This document shows, in pieces, positions 18,528 to 30,477 of a stretch of DNA of 64,000 nucleotides; positions within the stretch are counted from its first letter, which is position 1; every line of letters starts with the position of its first letter. Below the pieces are notes generated by a model. It did not search any database. It saw nothing but the letters and a program-made list of their open reading frames with translations, and was not told the DNA's origin. A program made the position numbers and the translations under genes. Source of the stretch: Planctomycetota bacterium. Its GTDB lineage: Bacteria; Planctomycetota; Planctomycetia; Pirellulales; Lacipirellulaceae. Location: assembly GCA_039190745.1 (NCBI GenBank), contig JBCCXZ010000013.1, positions 8,863-72,862 of the forward strand, written 5' to 3'.

Positions 18528-21308
18528 TCAGAACGGCGGCTCCTCGTCGACGGGCGCCGGCGTCTCGGACTTTTTCGCGGTCTTCTTGGTCGCGGACTTT
18601 TTCTTGGTGCTCTTCTTCGTGGTCGACTTTTTCTTGGCGGTCGACTTCTTTTTTGCGGATTTCTTCTTGGCCGCTTTCTTTTTCTTTGGAGGTGAAGCTG
18701 CGGCCTTCTCGGCGAGCATCGAGAGCGCCTCGTCGTAGGTCATCTCCTCGACGGTCATCCCCTTGCGTAGCGAGACGTTCGTCTCGCCATCGGTGATGTA
18801 CGGGCCGTAGCGGCCGTCGAGGATCTTGACCGGCTGCTCCGTGACGGGAGACGGTTTCTCGTACAACTTAAGCGGTTCTTTGGGCGCCGCGCGGCGGCCG
18901 CGGGTCTTGGGCTGGGCCAATAGGTCGACGGCCTGCTCGATGGTCACCTCCAGCGGCGAGACCTCCGCGGGGAGCGAACGCGTCTCGTCGCCGCACTTTA
19001 CGTACGGGCCGTAGCGGCCGTTGTGGGCAACGATCGGCTCGTTCTCTTTGGGGTGGTCGCCGAGGGTGCGCGGTAGGGAGAGCAGCTTGAGCGCCGTCTC
19101 GAAGTCGACCGTCTCGGGCGTCATGCCCTTGAGCAGAGAGGCGTTCTGCGGCTTCTCTTCGTCGTCTTTCTCTCCACGCTGGATGTACGGCCCGAAGCGG
19201 CCGACCTTGAGGTAGACCGGTTTCTGTGTGTCGGGGCAAACGCCCAAGGGTTCCTCGGCCTGCTGGGCCTGCTCGAGCAGCTTCAACGCCGCCGGGAGGG
19301 TCACCTCGTCCGGCGGGGTCTCGTCGGGCAGCGACGCGGTGCGGTCGCCCTGCTCGACGTAGGGCGAATAGCGGCCGACGCGGACGAACACGTCGTCGCC
19401 GCCATCGGGCTTGCCGATGAGGATGCGGCCGATCCGCGCGGGGTCGATCTCGTCGACCTTGTTCTCAAGCTGCTTCTTCAATCCCGGCGTGCCGTTGCCG
19501 TAGTAGAACTTTTCGAGGTAGGCGACGCTCTCCTGCTCGCCGCGGCTGATCGCGTCGAGGTCGTCTTCCATGTTGGCGGTGAACTGGTAGTCGACCAGGC
19601 GGGTGAGGTGCTCTTCCAGCAGGGTGACCACGCTGAAGGCGACCCAGGTCGGGACCAGCGCGCTGCCCTTCTTGAAGACGTAGTTGCGGGCGAGGATGGT
19701 GTCGATGATCGAAGCGTAGGTACTCGGCCGGCCGATGCCGCGTTCTTCGAGTGCCTTGGTGAGCGCGGCCTCGCTGTACCGGCCGGGGGGCTGGGTGTGG
19801 TGCTCTTTGGCTTCGAGCTCGGTGCAGTTGAGCAGCTCGCCCACTTCGACTGAGGGGAGGGCCTTCTCCTGGTCGGCGAGTTCGGCGGTCGGGTCGTCGG
19901 AGCCCTCGACGTAGGCCCGCAGGTAGCCGGGGAAGTCGATGGTCTTGCCGGTCACCTGGAAGACGCAGCCCTCGCCCTCGATGGTGATGGTCATGCGGCG
20001 GCCGCGGCTGTCGGCCATCTGGCTGGCGACGGTGCGCTTCCAGATGAGGTCGAACAACCGGAACTCGTCTTGGTTGAGCTTGGCCTTCATCACGTCGGGC
20101 AGTTCGAACGGGTGGCCCGCCGGGCGGATCGCCTCGTGGGCCTCCTGGGCGTTCTTCACCTTCGACTGGTAGCTGCGGGGCTCGGCCGGCAGGAAGTCGC
20201 CGCCGTAGTGCTCGTCGACCAGCTTGCGGGCGTCTTCGACCGCCACCGACGCGAGGTTGGTCGAGTCGGTACGCATGTAAGTGATGTAGCCGTTCTCGTA
20301 GAGGCTTTGGGCGACCTGCATCGTGCGGCGGGCGGTGAAGCCGAGCTTGCGGTTGGCCTCCTGCTGCATCGTGCTGGTGGTGAACGGCGCGTACGGCTTA
20401 GTGGTGTAGGGCTTCTCTTCGGCAGAGGCGACGCGGAACTCGCCGGAGCGGATACGCTCGACGAGCGCGTTGGCGGCGGGGCCGTCGAGCAGCGCGAGGT
20501 CGTCGGTCTTGGTCTTGCCGGTGTCGGGGTCGAAGTCCTTGCCCGCGGGGATGCGTTTTCCGTCGATCGAGACGAGGCCCGCCTCGAGGGCCCCGGCTTC
20601 GGCTCCGGCGGGTTTGGCGCCGCTTACCTTGGAAAAACGGCCGAGCAGGTCCCACCACTCGCCGGAGACGAACGCCATCCGCTCGCGTTCGCGTTGGACA
20701 ATCAGGCGGACCGCGACGCTCTGCACGCGGCCTGCCGACAGTTTCGGGCGGACCTTGCGCCACAAGAGGGGCGAGACCTCGTAGCCGTAGAGTCGGTCGA
20801 CAATACGGCGGGTTTCCTGAGCCCGGACGAGGCCTTCGTCTACCTCGCGGGGCTCGCGGAGCGACTCTTGGATGGCGTCTTTGGTGATCTCGTGGAACAC
20901 CAGCCGGTGGACCGGCACCTTGGGCTTGAGCAGTTCCAACAGGTGCCAGCTGATCGCTTCCCCTTCGCGGTCTTCGTCCGTTGCGAGGTAGAGGGCCGCG
21001 GCGTCCTTGAGCTTGTCTTTCAGCAGCTTGATGTGTTTGGTCTTGCCGGGCGGGACGACGTAGATCGGCTCGAAGCCGTCGGTGACGTTGACGCCGAGGT
21101 TGGACCACGGCTCGGACTTGTACTTGGCGGGAATCTGCTTGGCGCCCTGGGGCAGGTCGCGGACGTGGCCGATGCTGGCCTCGACGTGGAACCCGCTGCC
21201 GAGGTATTTGCCGATGGTCTTTGCCTTGGCTGGGGATTCGACGATCACCAGCGCTGGGCCGCTGCCCCCCGCGGCCGCTTTCTTGCTTGCTGCCTTCTTT
21301 TTCGCCAT
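18528..21308 (-). CDS. topA: DNA topoisomerase I (type IA) with C-terminal repeats and Lys-rich tail
   Basis: LVIVESPAKAKTI, ATDEDREGEAI, SAGRVQS, GYITYMRTDS, AHEAIRP, GIGRPSTYA, GRYGPY repeats. Confidence 0.97.
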   Translation of the reverse strand: MAKKKAASKKAAAGGSGPALVIVESPAKAKTIGKYLGSGFHVEASIGHVRDLPQGAKQIPAKYKSEPWSNLGVNVTDGFEPIYVVPPGKTKHIKLLKDKLKDAAALYLATDEDREGEAISWHLLELLKPKVPVHRLVFHEITKDAIQESLREPREVDEGLVRAQETRRIVDRLYGYEVSPLLWRKVRPKLSAGRVQSVAVRLIVQRERERMAFVSGEWWDLLGRFSKVSGAKPAGAEAGALEAGLVSIDGKRIPAGKDFDPDTGKTKTDDLALLDGPAANALVERIRSGEFRVASAEEKPYTTKPYAPFTTSTMQQEANRKLGFTARRTMQVAQSLYENGYITYMRTDSTNLASVAVEDARKLVDEHYGGDFLPAEPRSYQSKVKNAQEAHEAIRPAGHPFELPDVMKAKLNQDEFRLFDLIWKRTVASQMADSRGRRMTITIEGEGCVFQVTGKTIDFPGYLRAYVEGSDDPTAELADQEKALPSVEVGELLNCTELEAKEHHTQPPGRYSEAALTKALEERGIGRPSTYASIIDTILARNYVFKKGSALVPTWVAFSVVTLLEEHLTRLVDYQFTANMEDDLDAISRGEQESVAYLEKFYYGNGTPGLKKQLENKVDEIDPARIGRILIGKPDGGDDVFVRVGRYSPYVEQGDRTASLPDETPPDEVTLPAALKLLEQAQQAEEPLGVCPDTQKPVYLKVGRFGPYIQRGEKDDEEKPQNASLLKGMTPETVDFETALKLLSLPRTLGDHPKENEPIVAHNGRYGPYVKCGDETRSLPAEVSPLEVTIEQAVDLLAQPKTRGRRAAPKEPLKLYEKPSPVTEQPVKILDGRYGPYITDGETNVSLRKGMTVEEMTYDEALSMLAEKAAASPPKKKKAAKKKSAKKKSTAKKKSTTKKSTKKKSATKKTAKKSETPAPVDEEPPF

Positions 21309-21508
21309 GTCCGTTGAGCCGCAAACCTCTCCAAGAAGGACCTACGTAAACGCCCACACTGCATAGTGGGATTGCATTTACGTCGATCTGCAATAGAATC
21401 CGTCGTTTCGACGCCCCGCGTCGTCAATCATTACTGCCGCCCGGGTTCGGCTGTCAAGTAGCCGACCCAAGGAACCACCCCAGCGGCCCTGCTCCTCGGA
21501 ATCTTTCC

Positions 21509-23791
21509 ATGGCTAGCCCGTTTACCTATTTCCGCAAGTATCAGAAGGTCTTCTTGGCAGTTGCTGGTGTCCTCGCGATCGTTGTTTTTGTCTTTGCAGA
21601 CGCTCTGTCTAATCTCGTCGTCTCCGCCGCCGGGGGCGACGCGGGCGCGGGCAAAAGCATCGTGGCGTCGTGGAATGGCGGCGAGCTGACCGAGAGGAAG
21701 TTCGCCCGCTTGGTGCAGCGGCGCAGCTTCGTGAGCAGCGTGCTGCAGCGGCTGCAGATGACCGGCGTGCAACGGGTGTACGAGGCTGGGCAAGAGCCGA
21801 CCGAGCCCAGCGTGCCCAATTTTGTGATCCCGGAACAGACCGACATCAATCGTCTGCAGCAGGAGGTGGTCAACACCCACGTCATGGCAGACTTGGCCCA
21901 AGAGGCGGGCATGACCGTCTCTGACGGGGTGATCTTGCACTACCTGCAGCAGATGGGTTTTGAACGTGTGGAGGAATCGGAGATCCCGGCGATCTTGGAA
22001 GCGGCCCCCCTGCAGGCCTCGGCACAGTTCAAAGAGAACTGGCTCTTTGCGGGGCTCCGTGAGCTGCTGCTGGCCGACCAGTACACGCGGACGTTTGGTT
22101 CGGCGATTGCCACGCCGATGCCGATGGAGCGTTGGATCGATTGGACCTCGGTCAACGAACGGGTGGCGGTGGAGGCCGCGGTGATTCCGGCGGACACGCT
22201 GCTCGCGGAAGTGCCGGAGCCTACCGATGCGGAGGTCGCGGCCTTCTACGACGAACACAAAGAGAGACTAGCGGGCGTGCCGGACATTATCGGCCGTCGC
22301 GAACTCCCCGCGGCCACCCCCGGGTTCCGACGCCCGGAACGGGTCGTGCTGAAATACCTGGTGGGCGACCCGGTCGAGTGGAGCCAGAAGTACATCGACG
22401 AGATCACCGACGAAGAGATCGCGGACTACTACGAGCGGAACAAACGCTCTGAGTTTGTGATGACCGACTTCGGCTCGGACTTCGCCACGGAGTTTGACGA
22501 CGACCTCTTCATGGATGAAGGAGAAGGTGAGGAAGAGGGAGAGCCGGCTGAAGAAGCCGCCCCTGAGGGAGACGTGGAAGGCGAAGAAGCGGCCGAGGCC
22601 GAGTCGGGCGTGACGGAAGAGCCCGCCGCCGAAGCTGCCGATACAGAAGCCGTCGCTGAAGAGGCGGCAACCGAGGAAGAGGAAGAAGAGGAGGAGGCCG
22701 ACGCCTCTGACGAATCCGCGGACGAGAGCCCCTCCGGCGAAGGCGAGGGCGAGAGTGCCGACGGAGCGAACGCGGCCGAAGAGGGCGACGCCGCGGCAGA
22801 CGAAGACGTGAAGTATCAGCCGCTGGAGGAGGTGGCCGACCAGATCCGGGCCCGCTTGGCCAACGACCGGGCCGTGGTGGAACTGGAGAAAGTCGCCCAA
22901 GGGGCCTATTCCAAACTCAAGAAGAGCTACAGCCGTTACGGGCTGGCCGTTGTTGAGGCCCAAGCGGCGGGCGAGCCGGCCCCCGAGCCCCCGGCCGAGT
23001 TGCAGGACCTTTCGGCGCTCGCGAAAGAGACGGGCCTGACGATCGAAGAGACCCTGCCGCTCTCGCAGCTCGGCGTCCGCGATACGCCGGTGGGGCTGGC
23101 GGTCGACACCCGGACGGGCGATCGGTTGATCGTGCAAGCGGTGTTCGGCAAGCGCGGGACCGACCTGTACGAGCCGATCCTGGGGCGGTCGCAGTTCGAC
23201 GGCATCTGGTACATCACCCTAAAGACCACGCAGACGCCCGATACGGTGCCGCCGCTCGAAGAAATCCGCGACGAGGTTGTCGAGGAATGGAAAGCCAAAC
23301 GTGCGGGCGAGCTGGCGCTCGAGCGGGCGAAGAAACTCGCTTCGGATGCCGAACAGTCTTCGCAGACACTTGAGCAGATTGCTGAGGCGAACGGCTTGGA
23401 AGTGGTGACCACCGACCTGTTTAGTCGGCTCACGCTGGGTACGGCCCAGAGTGAGCTGCAACGCGGGGCCCGGTTGGGCGAGGCGCCGCCCCTGCAGGAC
23501 GTGGGCCAGCAGTTCTTGGACGACGTCTTCGGGCTGGTTGGCGATTCGGTCGGCGGAACGCACAACCACGACCAGAGCGCGGCCTACGTGGTGCGTGTTG
23601 CCCAGCGGGAGAGCACCGAAGCGGGGCTTCGGAGCCGGTTCCTCCGCGAAGCGAACACCTGGAGCGGCGCCATGCCGATGATGCGGGCGCGTCTGGGGGC
23701 GACCCAGCGAAACGTGGTGCAGAAGCTGCTCGCCGACCGGGCCGGGCTCGACCTCGAGCAGGTGGCGCGGGCGCTGCAGCCGCGGGAGTAG
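21509..23791 (+). CDS. Membrane-anchored PpiD/SurA-like periplasmic protein with long acidic insert
   Basis: N-terminal FRKYQK plus TM, PTDAEVAAFYDEHKE, ITDEEIADYYERNK, PLEEVADQIR and PPLEEIRDEV motifs. Confidence 0.65.
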   Translation: MASPFTYFRKYQKVFLAVAGVLAIVVFVFADALSNLVVSAAGGDAGAGKSIVASWNGGELTERKFARLVQRRSFVSSVLQRLQMTGVQRVYEAGQEPTEPSVPNFVIPEQTDINRLQQEVVNTHVMADLAQEAGMTVSDGVILHYLQQMGFERVEESEIPAILEAAPLQASAQFKENWLFAGLRELLLADQYTRTFGSAIATPMPMERWIDWTSVNERVAVEAAVIPADTLLAEVPEPTDAEVAAFYDEHKERLAGVPDIIGRRELPAATPGFRRPERVVLKYLVGDPVEWSQKYIDEITDEEIADYYERNKRSEFVMTDFGSDFATEFDDDLFMDEGEGEEEGEPAEEAAPEGDVEGEEAAEAESGVTEEPAAEAADTEAVAEEAATEEEEEEEEADASDESADESPSGEGEGESADGANAAEEGDAAADEDVKYQPLEEVADQIRARLANDRAVVELEKVAQGAYSKLKKSYSRYGLAVVEAQAAGEPAPEPPAELQDLSALAKETGLTIEETLPLSQLGVRDTPVGLAVDTRTGDRLIVQAVFGKRGTDLYEPILGRSQFDGIWYITLKTTQTPDTVPPLEEIRDEVVEEWKAKRAGELALERAKKLASDAEQSSQTLEQIAEANGLEVVTTDLFSRLTLGTAQSELQRGARLGEAPPLQDVGQQFLDDVFGLVGDSVGGTHNHDQSAAYVVRVAQRESTEAGLRSRFLREANTWSGAMPMMRARLGATQRNVVQKLLADRAGLDLEQVARALQPRE

Positions 23792-23812
23792 GGCTTCTCA
23801 AAACAGCAAACA

Positions 23813-23838
23813 CGGGGCCCCGAAGCGTCGGGGCCCCG
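23813..23838. terminator. Hairpin between convergent genes (probable bidirectional terminator)
   Basis: CGGGGCCCCGA-AGCG-TCGGGGCCCCG with an A-rich left flank. Confidence 0.6.
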
Positions 23839-23877
23839 CGTGCGTTGCTTTCTGCTCTCGGCTTCGGCTCTCGTCGC

Positions 23878-26097
<2,220 letters not shown>

Positions 26098-26197
26098 GAT
26101 TCGTCTTCCTGATACTACTGTTTTAGTCGAAATCGACTGGGGCGGGGGGTTTTTCTTAGGCCGGGCTGGTACGCGTCGGCGACTAAAAGCTGTGCGA

Positions 26198-26893
26198 CTA
26201 AAGGCTGTGCGGCAGCAGCGGTGCCATGAGTGCGGCCGCTCCGTGCAGGAACTGTTTCGCGACGGCTGCTCCGGTGAGTCGCTTGCTTCGCTCGGGTCGA
26301 TCCTGCCGACGCTGGGGTGTGCGTCGACGCCTTGCGGCGAGACCTTCGGAAGGCGTCGCGGCGGCGCTCCGGCGCCCGGTACGGGGCGAGCACTTGTCTT
26401 GTGGTTCTTGAGCGGCTGCTGGAGGGGTCGCGTCGCCGGCTTCGTTGCAAAGCGGTTGGCGGTCTTTCGCGGGCTCGGACTCCGCCGTGCGTTGGTTCGT
26501 CTCGCACCGGAAGGGTCGGCACTCGACGGCGTGGATCTGCATCGCGCGGTCGAGCCGCCGCCAGAGATCGTGGTCCTTCACGGGGACGCGCCGGCCGAAG
26601 TGCTCCCAGTGGAAGTCGCCCTCACGCCACTGGCCGAGGCCGGACTGCAGCCCGCGCCACACGTAGCGGCTGGTCGTAACCAGAGTGACCCGCGCGGGGC
26701 CGTCGAGCGCTTCCAAACCGCGGACGACGGACAACAGCTCCGCGCGTTCGGGCGACTCGTTGGGCTCCTCGTCCCATGCCGAGAGCCGCTCGTCGGAGGC
26801 GAGGTCCTCCAGGACGAAGCGCCAGAGCGACGCGCGTTCGCCGCAGGGGGCGGCCTCGGAGAGCAGCAAGAAGTGGCTGCCGGTGTTCTGCAT
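26198..26893 (-). CDS. RNase HI-like protein, probably catalytically degenerate
   Basis: [36 protein letters not shown] align with RNase HI motifs; acidic active-site residues not all present. Confidence 0.7.
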   Translation of the reverse strand: MQNTGSHFLLLSEAAPCGERASLWRFVLEDLASDERLSAWDEEPNESPERAELLSVVRGLEALDGPARVTLVTTSRYVWRGLQSGLGQWREGDFHWEHFGRRVPVKDHDLWRRLDRAMQIHAVECRPFRCETNQRTAESEPAKDRQPLCNEAGDATPPAAAQEPQDKCSPRTGRRSAAATPSEGLAARRRRTPQRRQDRPERSKRLTGAAVAKQFLHGAAALMAPLLPHSL

Positions 26894-27150
26894 AACGCTC
26901 TCGGGACGCAATGCGCGAGAACGTTGCCCGCCTTGCCGGCAGGCAATCCAGATCCGTCGCGTTCCGCAGTGTGGGGAGGTCGACGCGCGTCCGAGCGGCG
27001 AGGCGATGCGGGCAGCACCGCCTACAGAAGCCTATCGGAAAGGTTTACGCAGTCACTCCAGCTTATCAGCAACAGAATTGGCGACTGAATTGGAAGCCGA
27101 GCAGGCAAATGGGTTGAGGCCCGTGGATGATTACCACGAGCTGGCTTCCA

Positions 27151-27220
27151 GGCAGCCTCTCTGAGGCCGATCGCGGTTCGGTCCTCAGGGCGGAATCGGC
27201 CTCGGAGAGGCCTCCTACAG
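27151..27220. repeat. REP doublet (GTAG/GTGG family), copy 1
   Basis: Degenerate GCCTCTCTGAGGCCGAT paired with inverted ATCGGCCTCGGAGAGGCCTCCTACA. Confidence 0.8.
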
Positions 27221-27260
27221 AAGCACCGAAGAAGAGCCCCCCACCCTTGTTCCGGCTACC

Positions 27261-27515
27261 CTACCGGGGTGGACGGCGGTTGTGTTGCTCGGCGACGAGT
27301 TCCGCGAGTCGGCGGCGTTGGGCGGCGGTGGCGTTGCCGTCGAGCACCGACCACGTCAGGCGGTTGATCTCGTTCTCGACGCTCTCCGGGGCCTGGTGGG
27401 CCTCCGGGGCCTTGTGAGCCTGGTCACGGCGGGCGTGCTCTCTGGAGAGAGCTGGGGTTTCCTCTCGCGACGGCTCCAGCCGCGGCGATTGGTTTGTTTC
27501 TAAGGGAGCGATCAT
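27261..27515 (-). CDS. Small hypothetical protein
   Basis: 84 aa, helical C-terminus EINRLTWSVLDGNATAAQRRRLAELV; AGGT RBS; sigma54-like site upstream. Confidence 0.55.
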   Translation of the reverse strand: MIAPLETNQSPRLEPSREETPALSREHARRDQAHKAPEAHQAPESVENEINRLTWSVLDGNATAAQRRRLAELVAEQHNRRPPR

Positions 27516-27575
27516 CGTAACACCTGTTTGGCTCGCTGAGATTCCGTTACGCGCCGGTGCGTCTGCTATTGCGTA

Positions 27576-27592
27576 TGCAACCGGCGTACCCA
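27576..27592 (-). promoter_or_regulatory. Putative sigma54 -24/-12 promoter
   Basis: TGGGTACGCCGGTTGCA on the minus strand (GG-N10-GC), 60 bp upstream of ATG 27515. Confidence 0.5.
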
Positions 27593-27937
27593 CCGAGGGC
27601 GTCCTGGCCGAAGCAACTCCTAAGTTCCGGCGTTGCATGCACTTCCGAGCCCTCCGCGCGTACTTCCATGCTCGGTCCTCTTTGAGACACCCCGAAGGCC
27701 GCCAGAGTTCAAGGCAATCGGTGCATTCGATCGATGCAGCGTCTCAGAACGCTGAATCAAAGGGTTGTAGCGGATTTGCGGCTGTCCGCTGGTCTCGGCC
27801 CCACCTTGAAGGCACTCGCGGGGCGCAGCGGCCGCCGTCAGACCTAGAGTTGTCATGCTCCAAAGAGTTGAAGTACTTGCACATCCATTTGCGCTATCGA
27901 GACAAGAACCCCATGTTCCTGAAAGCGGCGTCCTACT

Positions 27938-28327
27938 ATGCAATTCGGGCTGTTTCTCATTCACCGTCGGGTGATATCGCGTAGCGATTTCGTCCACGCT
28001 CTCGAAGTTCAAATGGCGTCCCGGCCCCAAATCGGCCGGCTTGCGCTCGAGAAAGAACTCCTCTCGGTTTCTCAGGTCTTCCAAGTCCTGAACGCACAGA
28101 GCGATATGCCCGATGAGATGTTCGGGGAGCTGGCGATCGAGTGCGGCATGATGACCGAAGCCGATCTGAAAGAGCTGCTGGACCTGCAGTCGGACCAGAC
28201 GAAGCCGATGTCGCAGGTGCTTGTCGACCTGGGCTACCTGACGCCCGAGCAGGCCGGGGAAGAGAAGGCCGAGTACCGCAAGGCGATGGAGAACCTGGGG
28301 ATCGGCGAGACGACCTCGGTCCTCTAG
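27938..28327 (+). CDS. Small protein of tandem MshEN-like helical motifs
   Basis: Repeats FGLFLIHRRVISRSDFVHALEVQ, IGRLALEKELLSVSQVFQVLNAQ, FGELAIECGMMTEADLKELLDLQ, MSQVLVDLGYLTPEQ. Confidence 0.7.
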   Translation: MQFGLFLIHRRVISRSDFVHALEVQMASRPQIGRLALEKELLSVSQVFQVLNAQSDMPDEMFGELAIECGMMTEADLKELLDLQSDQTKPMSQVLVDLGYLTPEQAGEEKAEYRKAMENLGIGETTSVL

Positions 28328-28340
28328 CGGTCGGGCTGCG

Positions 28341-29687
28341 TTACGCTTGCTCGCTCAGGTCGACGGCTTCCCCGAGCATCTTAGCGACCAGAGCTTTGTC
28401 GGGGCCGTCGGCCCCAAACGCTTCGGCAATCCGCGGGTGGACGAACACGCGGACCCGTTTGACGTAGTCGTCGAACTGTTCTTTGGCCAACGCCCGGACC
28501 ATGGGCGACACCTCGCCGAGAGGGAGGTAGGCGTCTTCTGAGCGGTAGTAGACCTCGGTGTTGAACTGCACCTCGAGCCCTGCGGGCGGGGCGTCGATCA
28601 GCACGTCGGTCGCCGAGGCCTTCATGCCTGTGTGTTCGGCGACGAGCGACGCCAACGCTTCGGAGCAAGCCGCGAGGTCGGAGTAAGAGCGTCGCCGCAG
28701 GCGGGAGTAGACATCGGGGGATTCAAAAAGGCTGTACTGCCCCACGCACTTGTAAAGAACGCGGCCGCCGAACAGGCCGTCGTAGAGAACTCGGTTGTCG
28801 GGGTCTTCGATCAGCCCAGCGAGGATCGGCGGGAGCGAGGCGTCGGTCGAGCGGAACACGTCGTCCCAGGGCAGCCGGTCGGCGAGGTTGTAGACCAGGC
28901 GTTGGAGCATCGCCGTGGCAGAACGCACGGTCTTGTGCCAATAGACTTCGCTGAACATGACGTACCGGGCGAACACCATGCTCTCGGCGGCCGTCTTGCC
29001 CTTGTCGGTGATGGCGAGCCCGTTGCCCGCTTCGTTCAGGCACAGGCTCTGCACGAGCCGAGGCACGTCGAGGTGCCGGCCGTAGGGGACGCCGGCGTGG
29101 AGGCTGTCGCGGGTGAGGTAGTCGATCTTGTCGATGTCGATGGGCCCCGAGAGCATGCTGCCCAGGATCGAGCCCGCGGGGTCGCCCCGCTCGCCGGCGA
29201 GCAACGCGGAGACCTCCGCCGCCTGAAGGCCCCAGTCTTCTTCGAGCGCTGCGGCGAGTGGTTCGGCGGCGAGCAGGCCTGCGGCGAGCGTTTCGTGCTC
29301 GGGCACTCCAGGCAGGTCGAGGTCTTCGATGGGGTGGCAGTAGGGCCAGTGTGCGACGTCGTGCAGCAAGGCGGCCGCAAGGAAAAGTTCTCCGTCTCGG
29401 GGGTCGACTACTTCGCGGAAGGCTTGCTGCGTGGAGAGTCGGTCGAGAAACAACAGGGCCGTGCGGTATGCTCCGAGCGAGTGCTCGAAGCGGCTGTGGG
29501 TGGCTCCGGGGTAGACGGTGCGGACCAGCCCGAGTTGGCTGACGCCCGCGAGCCGTTGGAACTGGGGGGTCTCGATCAGCCGACGCACACGCGGCGTCGT
29601 AGGAACGTCGGCGTCCGGAGGGATACGGACGATCTGCGCCCCGGAGCGGAGGGCCGCCAGTTCGGGGATGTCTGCCAGACGCGTCAT
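28341..29687 (-). CDS. HD-domain dNTP triphosphohydrolase family protein
   Basis: FQRLAGVSQLG, VYPGATHSRFEHSLG, LLHDVAH, DIDKIDYLTRDS, MFSEVYWHK. Confidence 0.88.
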   Translation of the reverse strand: MTRLADIPELAALRSGAQIVRIPPDADVPTTPRVRRLIETPQFQRLAGVSQLGLVRTVYPGATHSRFEHSLGAYRTALLFLDRLSTQQAFREVVDPRDGELFLAAALLHDVAHWPYCHPIEDLDLPGVPEHETLAAGLLAAEPLAAALEEDWGLQAAEVSALLAGERGDPAGSILGSMLSGPIDIDKIDYLTRDSLHAGVPYGRHLDVPRLVQSLCLNEAGNGLAITDKGKTAAESMVFARYVMFSEVYWHKTVRSATAMLQRLVYNLADRLPWDDVFRSTDASLPPILAGLIEDPDNRVLYDGLFGGRVLYKCVGQYSLFESPDVYSRLRRRSYSDLAACSEALASLVAEHTGMKASATDVLIDAPPAGLEVQFNTEVYYRSEDAYLPLGEVSPMVRALAKEQFDDYVKRVRVFVHPRIAEAFGADGPDKALVAKMLGEAVDLSEQA

Positions 29688-29711
29688 CCGAGGCCTCCGG
29701 TGCGGGCGCGG

Positions 29712-30425
29712 CTAAGCCCCGCCGAGTTGCAGCCCCGGCAGGACCGTCAGCCCCATCACGGCCCGGAGCAGCACGGTTGCCAACAGGTAGAGCGCGTAGT
29801 GGAAGAAGCCGGTGGTCATGTCGAGGTCGAAGCACACCAACGCGGCTCCGGCGCCCACCAGGGCGATCGGGATGATCATGCTGCCGACCCACATTGGCGC
29901 GAGGCCTGCTTCGAGCTGGTCGGGCCCGAACATCTGGTTCGCGACGAACAAGTAGACGCCCCAGAGCAATGCGTAGATCAGACCGCAGGCGAGCGATCGC
30001 ACCGCGACATCGGTTCCGGTGTAGGCGCCCAGTTCGGGGTCTTTGAGGAACGAGTACCCGGCGTAGGCCAGCGGCGGCCCGAGCAACACGGCTCCGGTGG
30101 TAAGCACCCAGAAGAGGTTGTCTCCCAGGTCGCTGTTCCGTAAGAGCCACGCGATCGCTACGGAGAGGATCACCAAGCCGGCGGTCACGGCGAAGACGTT
30201 CAGGCTGAACTTGGCTTCCTTGCGGCGGATCGGCTTGAGGACCGACTTGCCCTTTGAGTCGACCGCCCCCGGCTCGGGCTCGGGGGCGTGGATGACGACC
30301 TGGTCTTCGAGCTTGGGGATCTCGATCGACGCCTTGCACTTTGGGCAGGGGCCGGTCTTGCCGGCGTGCTGGTCGCCCACCGTGAACCGGGCATGACAAC
30401 TGGGGCAGGTGACGTTGATAGCCAT
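29712..30425 (-). CDS. Zn-ribbon membrane protein
   Basis: N-terminal CPSC...CPKC followed by about 5 TM helices. Confidence 0.75.
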   Translation of the reverse strand: MAINVTCPSCHARFTVGDQHAGKTGPCPKCKASIEIPKLEDQVVIHAPEPEPGAVDSKGKSVLKPIRRKEAKFSLNVFAVTAGLVILSVAIAWLLRNSDLGDNLFWVLTTGAVLLGPPLAYAGYSFLKDPELGAYTGTDVAVRSLACGLIYALLWGVYLFVANQMFGPDQLEAGLAPMWVGSMIIPIALVGAGAALVCFDLDMTTGFFHYALYLLATVLLRAVMGLTVLPGLQLGGA

Positions 30426-30477
30426 TCGCGGTTGGTGCGGGGTCGGTGGCGGCTGGTGACGAGCGGGCGCCGGCGCG

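Noticed and set aside
18560..18690. Lys-rich repeats at the topA C-terminus
   Set aside because: Known feature of TopA proteins with C-terminal repeats rather than Zn ribbons
20070..21317. 415-aa plus-strand ORF, and similar long shadow ORFs opposite glgB, the kinases and the CrtI-like genes
   Set aside because: Mirror frames of well-supported genes
28341..29687. Anti-phage dNTPase defence island
   Set aside because: Host-like composition, housekeeping neighbours, no mobility or defence genes nearby
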